This document shows positions 40,436-50,817 of a stretch of 64,000 bases of DNA, piece after piece. The position numbers and the translations under genes were made by a program. The notes beneath the pieces were generated by a model that was given only the letters and a program-made list of their open reading frames with translations, did not search any database and was not told the origin of the DNA. The stretch's first letter is position 1. The number at the start of each line of letters is the position of its first letter. The stretch covers positions 672,001-736,000 of the forward strand of contig OZ243972.1 in NCBI GenBank assembly GCA_965214705.1. Reading direction: 5' to 3'. Origin of the DNA: Alphaproteobacteria bacterium. GTDB lineage: Bacteria > Pseudomonadota > Alphaproteobacteria > UBA828.

Positions 40436-41186
40436 CGGACTCGGATCCCAAGTAGATTTCGACCACCTTTGGGTCGCGCATGACGTTGAGCGGAGCATCC
40501 AGGCAGATGCGCTGACCGTGATCCAGGATCATGATTCGGTCGGACATATGGGTCAGCGCCCGAACCTTGTGCTCGATGATCATGAAGGTAATATCCAGTC
40601 GCTCCCGCAGGTGCAGGATCAAGGCGACCATCTGGTCGATTTCGTCCGTCGTGAAGCCGGCGAGAGGCTCATCCATGAATACCAGCTCCGGCTTCGTCGC
40701 AAGCGAGGCGGCCAGCATCGTCATCTTGCGGGTCAGGAGATCCACCTTGCTGGCCATCATGTCGCGCCGTGGATCGAGACCGCATTCGGCGAGGATTTCG
40801 TCGCGGAATTCTCTCTTCGTCCGACCCTCGATGGACTTCTTGCCCAATCCAAAGAGAGTGCCGACAGCGACATTCTCATCCACGCTGAAAGAGCTGAAGA
40901 TTTGCGGGATTTGAAAGGTCCGGGCCAAGGCTTTGTGACAGAGCCGATGCGGGGACCAACCGTCGATTCTTTCATTGTTAAAGAAGATTTTGCCCGAATT
41001 GGGTTTGAGCGCGCCGGTGCACACGTTCAGGAGCGTCGATTTTCCGGCCCCGTTGGGCCCGGCGACGCCAAAGATTTCGCCTCGCTCGATGTCGAACGAC
41101 AGGTCGTTGAGAGCGACGAGCGCACCGAATGATCGAGTTACGCCCTGCACCGAAAGCAGCGGACCGGTCGTCGTAGCGGAGGACAT
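40428..41186 (-). CDS. HAAT ABC ATPase, LivG-like
   Basis: FGALVAL, GPNGAGKST, RTFQ, DEP.AG and V.EIYLG. Confidence 0.92.
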   Translation of the reverse strand: MSSATTTGPLLSVQGVTRSFGALVALNDLSFDIERGEIFGVAGPNGAGKSTLLNVCTGALKPNSGKIFFNNERIDGWSPHRLCHKALARTFQIPQIFSSFSVDENVAVGTLFGLGKKSIEGRTKREFRDEILAECGLDPRRDMMASKVDLLTRKMTMLAASLATKPELVFMDEPLAGFTTDEIDQMVALILHLRERLDITFMIIEHKVRALTHMSDRIMILDHGQRICLDAPLNVMRDPKVVEIYLGSESVA

Positions 41187-41408
41187 CCTCAGCTGTTTCT
41201 GCGTGGCTGCACGGGTAGATGATACGCTGGTATTCCCAACGCGTGGCAGCGGCGCTCCCAGGAGGTGAGAGCCGAGCAAGCCGGCGTGGACACGCCTTCT
41301 GGATCAATCAAGCCGAGCCCACGCCCCTTGCGCCAGTTGTCGAGTTGACCCCCGCTCGGGTTCCCCTTGCGGTTCGATCCCAATCACCAGCTTATTCGTG
41401 CGATTCCC

Positions 41409-42641
41409 TCAGTCGTACCAATCAGGCTTCATGAAATCCGCGATCACGTTGGAGCCGATCATGAGCGTCACGAGCTCGCTGTTCTGGACCTGAAGAATCT
41501 GGGCCGGCGCGGCTTCGTCGGTCGAGGTTACGTGATGTCGGTCGTTAATCGTGAGCTTGCCCGTGATGCCGTCGTAGGTCATTGTCCGCATTTCTTCGTG
41601 GATCGCGTCATAATCGTCGACCGAACCAACCTTTTCGACGGCGGTCGCCCAAAACATGACTTGGTCGTAGATTTCGGCTGCGATACCGATTGCCGGGTCT
41701 TCGTCATAGGCCTCACGCCACCTTTCCACGAACACACGGCCTTTTTCGTCCGGCATGTGGGCCGAGGGCGTCATCCCCAGCACGCCGTCGGCGATTCCCC
41801 GCGAGACGACCTCGTTGAAGGCCGGGACGGCACCGGTGTAGCCGACGTAAAGGAGTGCCCCCTTGACTGGGTTGGTGTTGAACTGATCGACGAGGGCGTT
41901 CACGCCCGCCGGATCCAGGAACTCGGAGTAGATCAGGGCAGGTTGAGCCTCGTGGAGCTTGCTGAGGATCGGTCCCCACTCGCTGATACCGAAATCGACC
42001 TGCTCTGTCAGGGCGACCTCCCAGCCGAGCTCCTCGGCTGCCGCGATCGCGCCCCCCGTCATTTCGATTTCCCAATCGAACGGCCCCTGGATAATGGCCA
42101 GTTTATTGCTTGAGAATTCGTGGCCCATCTGCGTCAGCTGGCGAAACGTGATCCCGCCGTAATTCGCGGCCGTATCGATGAACATGTAAATATTTTTGCA
42201 TCCCATCTGTTCCGCAAGATTGATCACGTACTCCGGGCCGTCAACGTGAAGATACGGCACATCGTACGGACAAAACGCCGGGATATCGGGCCCCATGCCG
42301 CCGTACCCGTTGATCAGGACGTGGACCTCCTCCTGTTCGACCAGATTGAGGGCCGCCGCCTGAAGCTTGTCCGGCGTGAGATCGCCAATGTCGTACACGA
42401 TCATCTCGATCTGTCGGCCGAGCAGCCCGCCCTGCGCGTTTATGTCCGCAATGGCGAGCTTTTCCGCCTTCTCCATCACGAACCCGTCACTGGCGAAGGG
42501 ACCGGTAATCGGAATGGGTGCGCCCACCTTGATGGGCTCGTCGCTGGCATGGGCTCCGGGTATGACGGAACCCATAATAGAGCCCGCCAAAACCAGGAAT
42601 CCGGCGCAGATCAAAGATTTTATTTTTGCACGATACACCAT
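41409..42641 (-). CDS. HAAT ABC substrate-binding protein
   Basis: Signal peptide; PIKVGAPIPITGPFA..G...INAQGGLLGR. Confidence 0.9.
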   Translation of the reverse strand: MVYRAKIKSLICAGFLVLAGSIMGSVIPGAHASDEPIKVGAPIPITGPFASDGFVMEKAEKLAIADINAQGGLLGRQIEMIVYDIGDLTPDKLQAAALNLVEQEEVHVLINGYGGMGPDIPAFCPYDVPYLHVDGPEYVINLAEQMGCKNIYMFIDTAANYGGITFRQLTQMGHEFSSNKLAIIQGPFDWEIEMTGGAIAAAEELGWEVALTEQVDFGISEWGPILSKLHEAQPALIYSEFLDPAGVNALVDQFNTNPVKGALLYVGYTGAVPAFNEVVSRGIADGVLGMTPSAHMPDEKGRVFVERWREAYDEDPAIGIAAEIYDQVMFWATAVEKVGSVDDYDAIHEEMRTMTYDGITGKLTINDRHHVTSTDEAAPAQILQVQNSELVTLMIGSNVIADFMKPDWYD

Positions 42642-42818
42642 TTTGAAGCCTCCCATGGTTAGCAATTCAACGGCGGTTTCGTGCTTGGTTCCTCCCCGCC
42701 GCCGTCCTGCGCGAGTCGGAACAACGGCTTAACCTCCTTTGATAGCGAGGAAAACACTGGCAGATCGCTGGTGCCGAGTCAACGAGTTGGCATTCCATGT
42801 CGAGAACAATCGGAACCG

Positions 42819-42950
42819 TGGAGTAGTCCCCTTGGGGTCGGACAGTTTCAGGTGGCCGACTTGACCAGAGTGCGGGACTGTTCCTCCTCAAAGCGGTTGG
42901 GACACAGGTATCCGAGAGCCGAGCGCAGGCGCCTGTCGGTGTAGTGAGGC
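42819..42950 (-). mobile_element. IS3-family 3' remnant, inverted relative to 28860..29198
   Basis: Minus strand reads RRLRSALGYLCPNRFEE and ends ...AACTGTCCGACCCCAAGGGGACTACTCCA. Confidence 0.7.
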
Positions 42951-42996
42951 AGGTGGCACGTGCCTCCTTCGGCGCTCTCGTGGGCCGCCTTCGGTT

Positions 42997-43038
42997 AAGG
43001 GTTGGGCAGGCTCTCTCTCGAGAGCCTGCCCAACCCTT
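42997..43038. repeat. Perfect 19-bp inverted repeat hairpin abutting the IS91-like element
   Basis: AAGGGTTGGGCAGGCTCTC-tctc-GAGAGCCTGCCCAACCCTT. Confidence 0.85.
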
Positions 43039-43300
43039 TTGAACGAAGCCGCGGGCCACGAGAGGCGAAGTTGAGCTATGTGGAAAGTGCGCTGATGTCA
43101 GCGTCAGGCGGCATCCACCGGCAGCAGAGTTGCGCATAAAATCGACGCTCGCGCCGGTCTTTCGGCAGGCATGCGGGCGCACGCTGCGAGGACTGAGCGG
43201 GGTGTGAGCCGAGGGCTGTCAGCCCGGCTCAAGCGGAGACAGGTTCGGTCGTGCGTCGGCGCTTTGGCGCCGTTGCGCGGGGCCGAAGCGAGCGGGCGTC

Positions 43301-44542
43301 TCACGGTTTCCCCCTGTGGGTCGGCGGCAGCGCCGGCGGGCCGCGCGTCGAGCGGGGCTCATGGCGGCGGCGGATTTCGCGGACGAGGCGCATGACGCCG
43401 CCGCAGTGGGGGCAGGCCACGGGCGCGGTGCCGATCTCGGGCTCTTCGTCGGGCTCGGCCTGAGCGCCGTCCACGCTTCCCTCGGGGGCGGCGCAGCCGA
43501 GGGCGCCGAGAGCCTGGCGTGCTCTCTCCAGCGTGCTGGCGCGGCAGCCGTTGGCGAGGATGCCAAAGTAGCGAATGCGGTGCATGCCGTCCGGCAGGAC
43601 GTGCCTCAGGAAGCGGCGGATGAACTCGTCGGCGCTCACGGTGGCGATGCCGTAGCGCGGCTTTCTCTGCCCCGGCGCCTTGGGCTTTCGGTGGCGGAAG
43701 GAGACCGTCTCGCCGTCGAAGGAGACGATGCGGCTGTCGGAGATGGCGATCCTGTGCGTGTAGTGCGAGAGGTACCGGAAGACCTGCTCAGGCCCGCGGA
43801 AGGGCCGCTTGGCGTAGACCACCCAGTCCCTGGCCCGGGCGGCGGCAAGCGTGGCGTGGAACTCGCCGGGATTGGCGAGGTGGGCGAGGGTGCCGTGGAA
43901 CTCCAGGTCCCCCCGGCCGTGGGCGCGGGCGAGCTCCTTGAGGAAGAGGCGGCGGAACAGGCTGCCGAGGACCTTGACGGGGGCGAGGAAGGTGGTGCTC
44001 CCCGTCTTCCACTCGCCACTGTCTACGTCGAAGCCCGCGTTGGGCACGACCACGTGCAGGTGCGGGTGGAAGCGGAGCTTCTGATCCCAGGTATGGAGGA
44101 CCGCGGTGCCGCCGATGCGCATGCCGCCGTGGCGGGGATCGGCGGCGATGGTGCGCAGGGTCTCGGCGACGGCCCGGAAGAGGATGTCGAACACCACCCT
44201 GCGGTTGCAGAAGGCAATGGCGGCAACCTCCTTGGGCAGGGTGAAGACCACATGGAAGTAGGGCACCGGCAGGATGTCCCCGGCGCGCTCCTCGCTCCAG
44301 AGGTTGGCGGCGAGACCCTGGCAGGTGGGGCAGTGGCGGTTGCGGCAGGAGTTGAAGAGCGGATGCTCGCGCCCGCAGCCCTCGCAGGCGTACATGTGGC
44401 CGCCGAGCACGGCGGTGCGGCACGCCTCGATGGCGCCCATGACCTTGAGCCGGGCGGCGTCGATGCGCCCTTTGTGGCGCTCACGGAAAGCGGCGCCGGC
44501 GCGGCGGAAGATCTCCGCCACGCCCGCGCGTTCGGCCTCCAC
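43301..44542 (-). CDS. IS91-family (HUH/Y2) transposase
   Basis: CRT..LGG, NSCRNRHCP.C, YFHVVFTLP, LHTW...HPHLH and YLSHY. Confidence 0.93.
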   Translation of the reverse strand: MEAERAGVAEIFRRAGAAFRERHKGRIDAARLKVMGAIEACRTAVLGGHMYACEGCGREHPLFNSCRNRHCPTCQGLAANLWSEERAGDILPVPYFHVVFTLPKEVAAIAFCNRRVVFDILFRAVAETLRTIAADPRHGGMRIGGTAVLHTWDQKLRFHPHLHVVVPNAGFDVDSGEWKTGSTTFLAPVKVLGSLFRRLFLKELARAHGRGDLEFHGTLAHLANPGEFHATLAAARARDWVVYAKRPFRGPEQVFRYLSHYTHRIAISDSRIVSFDGETVSFRHRKPKAPGQRKPRYGIATVSADEFIRRFLRHVLPDGMHRIRYFGILANGCRASTLERARQALGALGCAAPEGSVDGAQAEPDEEPEIGTAPVACPHCGGVMRLVREIRRRHEPRSTRGPPALPPTHRGKP

Positions 44543-44548
44543 GCGCCG

Positions 44549-45427
44549 TCAGTTGCGCAACGCTGCGAAGCCTGAGATCGGGTGGTCGAGGCCCTCGAAC
44601 ATCTTGCCGGTGACGCGGGCGTAGTGACGGGTCGTGTTCGCGCTTCGATGGCCGAGCATGTCCCGGATCACCTCGATATCGCCGCCGCGCTCGAGGAGAT
44701 GGGTCGCCGCCGAATGGCGCAGGCAATGGAAGGTGTAGCTGCGGTCGAGCTCGGCAATGTCGCGCGCCCTCCTGAAGGCGGCCTGCAAGGTCTCCGTTGC
44801 GATGGGCCTGTCGAGCGAGACGCCGTAGAAGAGCCAGTTCGTCGGACGCGGCCAGATGTTCCTGTAGTAGACGCGCAAGTAGTGGATGACGATGTCCGGC
44901 AACGGTGCCATTCTCTCGGTGCCGCCTTTGCCGGAGGGGATGTGCAGCAGCTTCTTCTCCGACAGGATGTCGCCGACCTTGATGGCCAAGGTCTCGGAGA
45001 TGCGGAGCCCGCCGCCATAGCCGGTGACAATGGCAGCACGGTGGCGGAGGTCGGGTGTCGCAAGGATGAGGTGCTCGACCTCCTGCTCCGACATGTAGCG
45101 CGGCAGCTTGCCGGGCTTCTTGCGGGAGCGCAGGCCGGCGACATGGTCAGGCCAGCCGAGTGTGTCGATGTAGAGGAAGTTCAGCGCGGCGAAGGAGACG
45201 TTGGTCGTGCCCGGACTGAGCCCCTTGTCGATCCGCCCCAGGTACCACTGGCGCACCTGCTCGGCGTCGAGCTCGTCCGGCGAGGCGTCGTAGTACCTGG
45301 CCAGGTTCTTGATCTCGCAGATGTAGGCCTTGGACGTGCTCGCGGCCAGATTGGCGATGCGGAGCTGCTCCTCCATGCGCTGGCGAAGAGGGGTGACGGT
45401 GTTCGTGTCGCACGCGGTCCCGGTCAT
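44549..45427 (-). CDS. XerD-like tyrosine recombinase
   Basis: GLRISE, GKG, HCLRHSAATHLLE and LGH....T.HY. Confidence 0.92.
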   Translation of the reverse strand: MTGTACDTNTVTPLRQRMEEQLRIANLAASTSKAYICEIKNLARYYDASPDELDAEQVRQWYLGRIDKGLSPGTTNVSFAALNFLYIDTLGWPDHVAGLRSRKKPGKLPRYMSEQEVEHLILATPDLRHRAAIVTGYGGGLRISETLAIKVGDILSEKKLLHIPSGKGGTERMAPLPDIVIHYLRVYYRNIWPRPTNWLFYGVSLDRPIATETLQAAFRRARDIAELDRSYTFHCLRHSAATHLLERGGDIEVIRDMLGHRSANTTRHYARVTGKMFEGLDHPISGFAALRN

Positions 45428-46126
45428 TATCGATCTCCCTGGATCGCGACGGCGCGCCGCCGGACCGATCCGGCGACGGTCCGTCGCAGGGGTCGATGCT
45501 AACCACTGGTGATCGGGAGGCTGCTGGGGATCCGCCACCCGACGGGCGGAGCGCCACTGACGCAACCGGGAAGCGAACGCACAGAACAAACGGCACCCGC
45601 GACGCCTCGGAAATGAATGAACTCTACGCCGCTAACTCCGCGTAGCGGCTTCGTTCAAAGTGCTTTTCGTCAGGCCGCGCGAGAAATCAAGGAACAGGAC
45701 GCCTTCATCTTTAACGAAGAGGCCGCCAGCCTCGGCAACCCTTACCCGCTACTCCCATCGCGATCAGGATAGCGCTGGCCGTTTGGCCACAGCCGCGTGC
45801 GCAGGCCGCACAGATTATCCGCGACCGGTGCCCGGTCTCGAGGAGGGTTCGCGCGAGGGCGAGCTCGCTGTCGTCCGTGGCCTGGGCCGCGAGAATGTTC
45901 CTGTAGTCGCGGTCGCGGAGGTCGCGAACGCCGTCGGGTCAGCGCTTGGCGATCTCGTCTTCCGACTTAAACTCCGCTAGCGCCAAGGTTGTCGCCGGAG
46001 CGTCCGCATGACCCGGCCGCTGCGCGTGGACCACCCTCGGGCCATCGTCAGCAAGGCCCACTTAGTGGGGGCAAACCAGGGCTAATAGCCAGCTTTGGCA
46101 AACCGATCCGTTTCGTTATTCCCTGC

Positions 46127-47113
46127 TCAGCCCTGGATCTTGCCGCCGCGGCCATAGACCAGCAGCATCACAATTATCACGCCGCCGTAGATGATCTGCC
46201 GCCCGGCCTCCTGCATCTGCATCACCGACAACATGCTGGAAAGGAGCGTCAGCAGCACGACGCCCATGACCGTGCCTGAATAGGTGCCGCGCCCACCCAG
46301 AATATGAGTGCCGCCCAGCACGACGGCGGCGATGGTGGGCAGGAGGTAGGGATCCCCCATCGCCTGGTAGGCCTGGTTGGCATAGCCCGCCAGCAGCATG
46401 CCGCCGACGGCGCTGCACGTCCCCGCCCAGACGAAACAGAAGACCAGCACCAGCCGGGTACGCACGCCCGAGAGATAGGTCGCCGTCTCGCGGTTGCCGA
46501 TGGCGTAGATGTAGCGCCCCAGCGGCGTCATCTTGAGGATGAACACCGCGACGATGGCGACGATGGCCCAGACGTAGATGGCATTCGGGATGCTGAGCAC
46601 GGCGCGCCCGACGCTGGCAGCCCGCATGAATTCCGTCGGCGCGCCCGTGGGCGCGAAGCCTCCAGTGTAGAACACCGAAATGCCGAGAATCAGGGCGTTC
46701 ATGCCGAGGGTCCAGATCATCGACGGCGCGCGCAGGTAGGCGACGCCGAGGCCGTTGAGCAGGCCCACCAGGGCGCCGAAGGCGAGCCCCGCGGGCACCG
46801 CGGCGAGCGAAAGCGGGCCGGTGCCCTCGATGCCGGCAAGCGCGGTCGCGACGATCGCCGCCCCGGTGAAGGTCCAGGGTATCGAGAGATCGATGTGGCC
46901 GAGCAGGATCACCAGCATCGCGCCCGTGGCGAGGACGCCGAGGAAGGAGGCGATCTGAAGCTGCTGCAGCAGATAGGTCGCCGTCAGCACCTGCGGGAAA
47001 TAGGCGCTGCCTGCGAAAATCAGGGCCAGGATGAAGCAGAACGCCACCAGCACCGGGCGGTCGACGCGCTTCAAGGCGGCAGACGCGGGCCCTTGCAGGC
47101 GGAGTACGCGCAT
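46127..47113 (-). CDS. Sugar (CUT2/RbsC-like) ABC permease
   Basis: GHIDLS, GR.IYAIG and IAAVVLGG....GG.G. Confidence 0.9.
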   Translation of the reverse strand: MRVLRLQGPASAALKRVDRPVLVAFCFILALIFAGSAYFPQVLTATYLLQQLQIASFLGVLATGAMLVILLGHIDLSIPWTFTGAAIVATALAGIEGTGPLSLAAVPAGLAFGALVGLLNGLGVAYLRAPSMIWTLGMNALILGISVFYTGGFAPTGAPTEFMRAASVGRAVLSIPNAIYVWAIVAIVAVFILKMTPLGRYIYAIGNRETATYLSGVRTRLVLVFCFVWAGTCSAVGGMLLAGYANQAYQAMGDPYLLPTIAAVVLGGTHILGGRGTYSGTVMGVVLLTLLSSMLSVMQMQEAGRQIIYGGVIIVMLLVYGRGGKIQG

Positions 47114-47117
47114 CGCC

Positions 47118-48092
47118 TTAGTCCATGACCTCGAGGCGGTTGCGGATGCGCACCACGCGCAAGGCCGCAAGCGCCACCGCGCCCAGGAGTATGATGCCCT
47201 CGAACAAGGGCTGGGCCAGAGGCGGCGCACCTGCGAAGAACATCACGCCGTTGATGGTGCGCAGGATGTAGGCGCCGAAGATCGAGCCGATGACCCCGCC
47301 GATTCCGCCATAAAGGGACGTGCCGCCGATCACCACCGCGGCAATCGAGTTGAGGGTGTAGGGCACGCCGATCAGCGCATCGCCGCTGAATGTTTGAAAG
47401 CCGAGGAAAAGCCCGCCGATCGCCGCGAACAGGCCGGCGAGCGAGTAGGCTGCGAGCTTCGACCGGTCGACCCGCACGCCGGACATATAGGCCGCAACCT
47501 CCGACGAGCCCGCGGCATAGACGCCGCGGCCCAGCACGGAGTTCTTGAACGGAACCCAGATCAGCACCACGACCGCCACGATCAGCAGGAGCGAGGTCGG
47601 CACGACCCCGAAGGTTTCGTAGGTCATTGCCTCGCTCAGCACGTCGTCGATCTCGCCGCCCGGAATGGGGCGGATCAGCAGCGCCAGCCCAGTGTAGACG
47701 GCGCCGCTCGCAAGTGTGGCGATGATCGGCTGGATGCGGCCGTAGACCACGACGATGCCGTTAATCAGGCCGCAGGCGAAGCCCGTGAGCAGCACCAGAA
47801 TGACTCCGAGCGCGACCCGCTCCGGCGAGCCGTTGACGACTTCCGAGGCAAGCGCATTGCAGAGCGCGAGGATCGAGCCGATTGAAAGATCGAGCCCGCC
47901 CGTGAGCACGGGCAGCGTCTGGCCCATTGCAACAAAGGCAAGCGCCGCGCCGGTGTTGGATGCCGTCGTCATGACGTAAACCGACGGCCCTCGCGGGTGG
48001 AGCGAGAGAAACACCGCAAAGAGGATGAGGAAAATCGTGATCGCGAGCACCGCGCCGTAGTTCTGACGCAGGTGAAGGAACAGGCCGCTCAT
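47118..48092 (-). CDS. Sugar (CUT2/RbsC-like) ABC permease
   Basis: GGLDLSIG, IIATLA and IAAVVIGGTSL.GG.G. Confidence 0.9.
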   Translation of the reverse strand: MSGLFLHLRQNYGAVLAITIFLILFAVFLSLHPRGPSVYVMTTASNTGAALAFVAMGQTLPVLTGGLDLSIGSILALCNALASEVVNGSPERVALGVILVLLTGFACGLINGIVVVYGRIQPIIATLASGAVYTGLALLIRPIPGGEIDDVLSEAMTYETFGVVPTSLLLIVAVVVLIWVPFKNSVLGRGVYAAGSSEVAAYMSGVRVDRSKLAAYSLAGLFAAIGGLFLGFQTFSGDALIGVPYTLNSIAAVVIGGTSLYGGIGGVIGSIFGAYILRTINGVMFFAGAPPLAQPLFEGIILLGAVALAALRVVRIRNRLEVMD

Positions 48093-49639
48093 CCGGCGGC
48101 GTCCTTGTGCGCCTCGTCCAGCGCCAGGTTTAGCGATGCGCGGACGATGTTGCGCTCGGTGATCTCTTCGCCCGCAAACACGTGCTGGACCGCGCCCTGA
48201 TAGAGAATGAAGACGCGGTCGCACATGCCGATCAGCTCGTCATAGTCCGAGGTGTAGAAGAGGATAGTGGCGCCCTCGTCGGCGAGTTGGCGCATGAGTG
48301 CGTAGAGCTCTTGCTTGGTGCCGACATCGATTCCCCGGGTCGGGTCCATGAGCAGCAGGATTTTGGCTTCGGTGACCAGCCATTTGGCGATCACGACCTT
48401 TTGCTGATTACCACCGGAAAGGCTGGCGACGGCATCGCGGACATTGCCAATCCTGATATTGAGCCGCTCGACCAGCTCGTCCACGCGCGCGCCCTCGCGC
48501 TTGCGATCGATGACCACGTGGCGCATCATCTTGCTGAGACCCGCAATGGTCAGGTTCTCGCGCACGCTCATCGGTAGCATGAGGCCTTCGGTTTTGCGGT
48601 CTTCAGGGATCATGGCGATCCCGCTACGCGGTGCCTTTGCCTGGGCCGGGCTGGAGATCCGCGCTCGCCTGCCGCCGATGCGGACCGCACCGCGCACCCC
48701 CCTGAGCGCGCCGAAGAGCGCAAGCAGGAGCTCTCGCTGTCCTTGGCCATCGAGGCCGCCGAGGCCAACGATTTCGCCCGGCGCAGCTGTGAGCGAAATG
48801 TCGCGGAGGCGGTCCTGCCAAGTCAGCTCCTCAATTTCGAGCGCGGGCTGCCCGTCGGGCGGCGCCTTGGGCCTGGGCGGATAGACCTGGCTGATCTCGC
48901 GCCCGATCATCATGTGCACGATCTCGTCGCGTGAGCGGTCGGCCTGCGGAAAGGTCTCGATGTGGCGGCCGTTGCGGAACACCGAACACGTATCGGCGAT
49001 CGCCTCGATCTCCGTCATCCGATGCGAGATGTAGAGGATCGCGAGCCCTTCATCGCGCAGCTCCCGCAGGATGCGAAACACGGCCGCCACGTCGCGCGCG
49101 GTGAGCGCGGACGTGGCCTCGTCCAAGATCAGGACCTTGGGATCGCGCGCGAGCGCGGTCGCAAGCTCCACCAGCTGGCGGCGCGAGAGCGGCAGGTTAC
49201 GCGCGCGCTCCAGCGGATCGATGTCCTCGCAGCCGACACGGGCGAGCAAAGCCTCGGCGCGCCGGCGCTGGCGGCGCCGGTCGATGAAGCCCCATTTGCC
49301 CGGCGGGCGCGTGATAAAGATATTGTCTGCGACCGAGAGATCCGGAACCAACGACAGCTCCTGAAAGACGCAGACGATGCCCTGCCGCATGGCCTCGGGC
49401 GGCGTCGCGAAGCGGACCTCCTCGCCAGCAAGCCGCATCGTGCCGGCGTCGGGTCGGACGACACCGGCGGCGATCTTGATAAGCGTGCTCTTCCCCGCGC
49501 CGTTCTCGCCCAGCACCGCATGGATCGAATGGCGGCGGCAGGCGAAGTCAACGTCCTGTAACGCGTGCACGCCGCCATAATGCTTGGCGATCCCGACCAT
49601 TTCGAGGAACGGCGCATCGGCACCGCCTCGATCAGACAC
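48089..49639 (-). CDS. Sugar ABC ATPase (RbsA-like, two NBDs)
   Basis: GENGAGKST, PEDRK.EGL, LSGGNQQK and PTRGIDVG. Confidence 0.93.
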   Translation of the reverse strand: MSDRGGADAPFLEMVGIAKHYGGVHALQDVDFACRRHSIHAVLGENGAGKSTLIKIAAGVVRPDAGTMRLAGEEVRFATPPEAMRQGIVCVFQELSLVPDLSVADNIFITRPPGKWGFIDRRRQRRRAEALLARVGCEDIDPLERARNLPLSRRQLVELATALARDPKVLILDEATSALTARDVAAVFRILRELRDEGLAILYISHRMTEIEAIADTCSVFRNGRHIETFPQADRSRDEIVHMMIGREISQVYPPRPKAPPDGQPALEIEELTWQDRLRDISLTAAPGEIVGLGGLDGQGQRELLLALFGALRGVRGAVRIGGRRARISSPAQAKAPRSGIAMIPEDRKTEGLMLPMSVRENLTIAGLSKMMRHVVIDRKREGARVDELVERLNIRIGNVRDAVASLSGGNQQKVVIAKWLVTEAKILLLMDPTRGIDVGTKQELYALMRQLADEGATILFYTSDYDELIGMCDRVFILYQGAVQHVFAGEEITERNIVRASLNLALDEAHKDAAG

Positions 49640-49698
49640 GGAAAAATCCCGAAAGGCGGGTTCGCCCGCGCGTGGCGGGCGAACCGCGCGTCACCGAA

Positions 49699-50817
49699 CT
49701 ACTCGTCTTCCGCGGTCTCGGCCAGCACTTCCTCGGCAGTGAGCGCCGGGCCACAGGCAGGAAATCCGCTCCCCAGGTTGATCACGTCGGGAAGATCCGG
49801 GAAGTAATTGACACCCTCCTCCAGATCCTCGCTCAGCACATAGGGCAGCGGGAGCGCGATCATCGCCGGCAGCTCGTGGCCCTTGAGCAGCGCGATCGCA
49901 GCCTGCATGGCGATGGCTGACATCGCCGGTGCCTGGGTGACCGAGGCGCCCGGCACGTTGTGCTTCGCCATCAACTTGCGGGCGCCGTTTTCGCCGTCGC
50001 CACCGATCGGGACAATTTCGTGGCCAGCGTTGAGGATGGCGTTAATTGCGCCGACGGTGCCGTGTTGGAGCACCATGCCGTCGAAATGTCCGTGGGTTGC
50101 GATGGCGTCTGCCACGACCTTTTGCACGGTGCCGGTGTCCCAGTTGCCGATCACCGTGACCACCTCGACGTCCTCGATCGGGTCGAACACCAGGTGCATA
50201 CCGATCGAGCGGTCGCGATCCACAGAGTTGCCGGGCAGCCCCCGCACCTCGAGCACCTTGCCGCTCTTCCTCACCATATGCTTGACCACAGCCCGCGCCT
50301 TGGTCCCTTCGAGCTCGAGCTGAGGCTCGTTGAGCTGCACCACCTCGTCGGTGTCGAGAATGTTGTCGAACGGCACCAGTATCGTGCCCGCGCGCTTGGC
50401 GCGCTTTATCACACCGGTGAACGCCGTCGGGTTGACGGCGATAAAGATGATCGCATCGAAGCCGGCCGCGATCATGTTGTCGATCGCCGAAATTTGGGCC
50501 GCCACGTCGGTGCCGGTGCTGACGATTTTGAGCTCGGCGATGTCCTTGGCGTTCTCCGGCCGTCTGGCCCACGCCTTGAGGCTCTGGATCATCTCGATGC
50601 GCCAGTCATTGCCGGCGAACCCGTTGGCAAGCGCGACACGGTACGGCCCCTCGCGCTCGGGGTAGCTGATCGTGGGCGTGTTTTCGTCCCACGGCGCGAA
50701 GCAGTCCGGCAACGGATTGGGCTTTTGCGCCAAGGCGTCGCCGGCGCCCACGGCTATGCCGAGGGCCAGTGCGGCGGCAGCAAGCCAGCGCAGCGGCTTC
50801 AGACGTTTCCCCGTCAT
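49699..50817 (-). CDS. Sugar ABC substrate-binding protein
   Basis: Signal peptide; N.FAGN.WR..M and periplasmic binding protein type I pattern. Confidence 0.88.
   Translation of the reverse strand: MTGKRLKPLRWLAAAALALGIAVGAGDALAQKPNPLPDCFAPWDENTPTISYPEREGPYRVALANGFAGNDWRIEMIQSLKAWARRPENAKDIAELKIVSTGTDVAAQISAIDNMIAAGFDAIIFIAVNPTAFTGVIKRAKRAGTILVPFDNILDTDEVVQLNEPQLELEGTKARAVVKHMVRKSGKVLEVRGLPGNSVDRDRSIGMHLVFDPIEDVEVVTVIGNWDTGTVQKVVADAIATHGHFDGMVLQHGTVGAINAILNAGHEIVPIGGDGENGARKLMAKHNVPGASVTQAPAMSAIAMQAAIALLKGHELPAMIALPLPYVLSEDLEEGVNYFPDLPDVINLGSGFPACGPALTAEEVLAETAEDE

Larger units (their letters stand above)
43038..45659 (-). mobile_element. Tyrosine recombinase plus IS91-like transposase element
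   Basis: Two co-oriented genes bracketed by perfect 15-bp inverted repeats TTTGAACGAAGCCGC (43038..43052 and 45645..45659). Confidence 0.85.
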
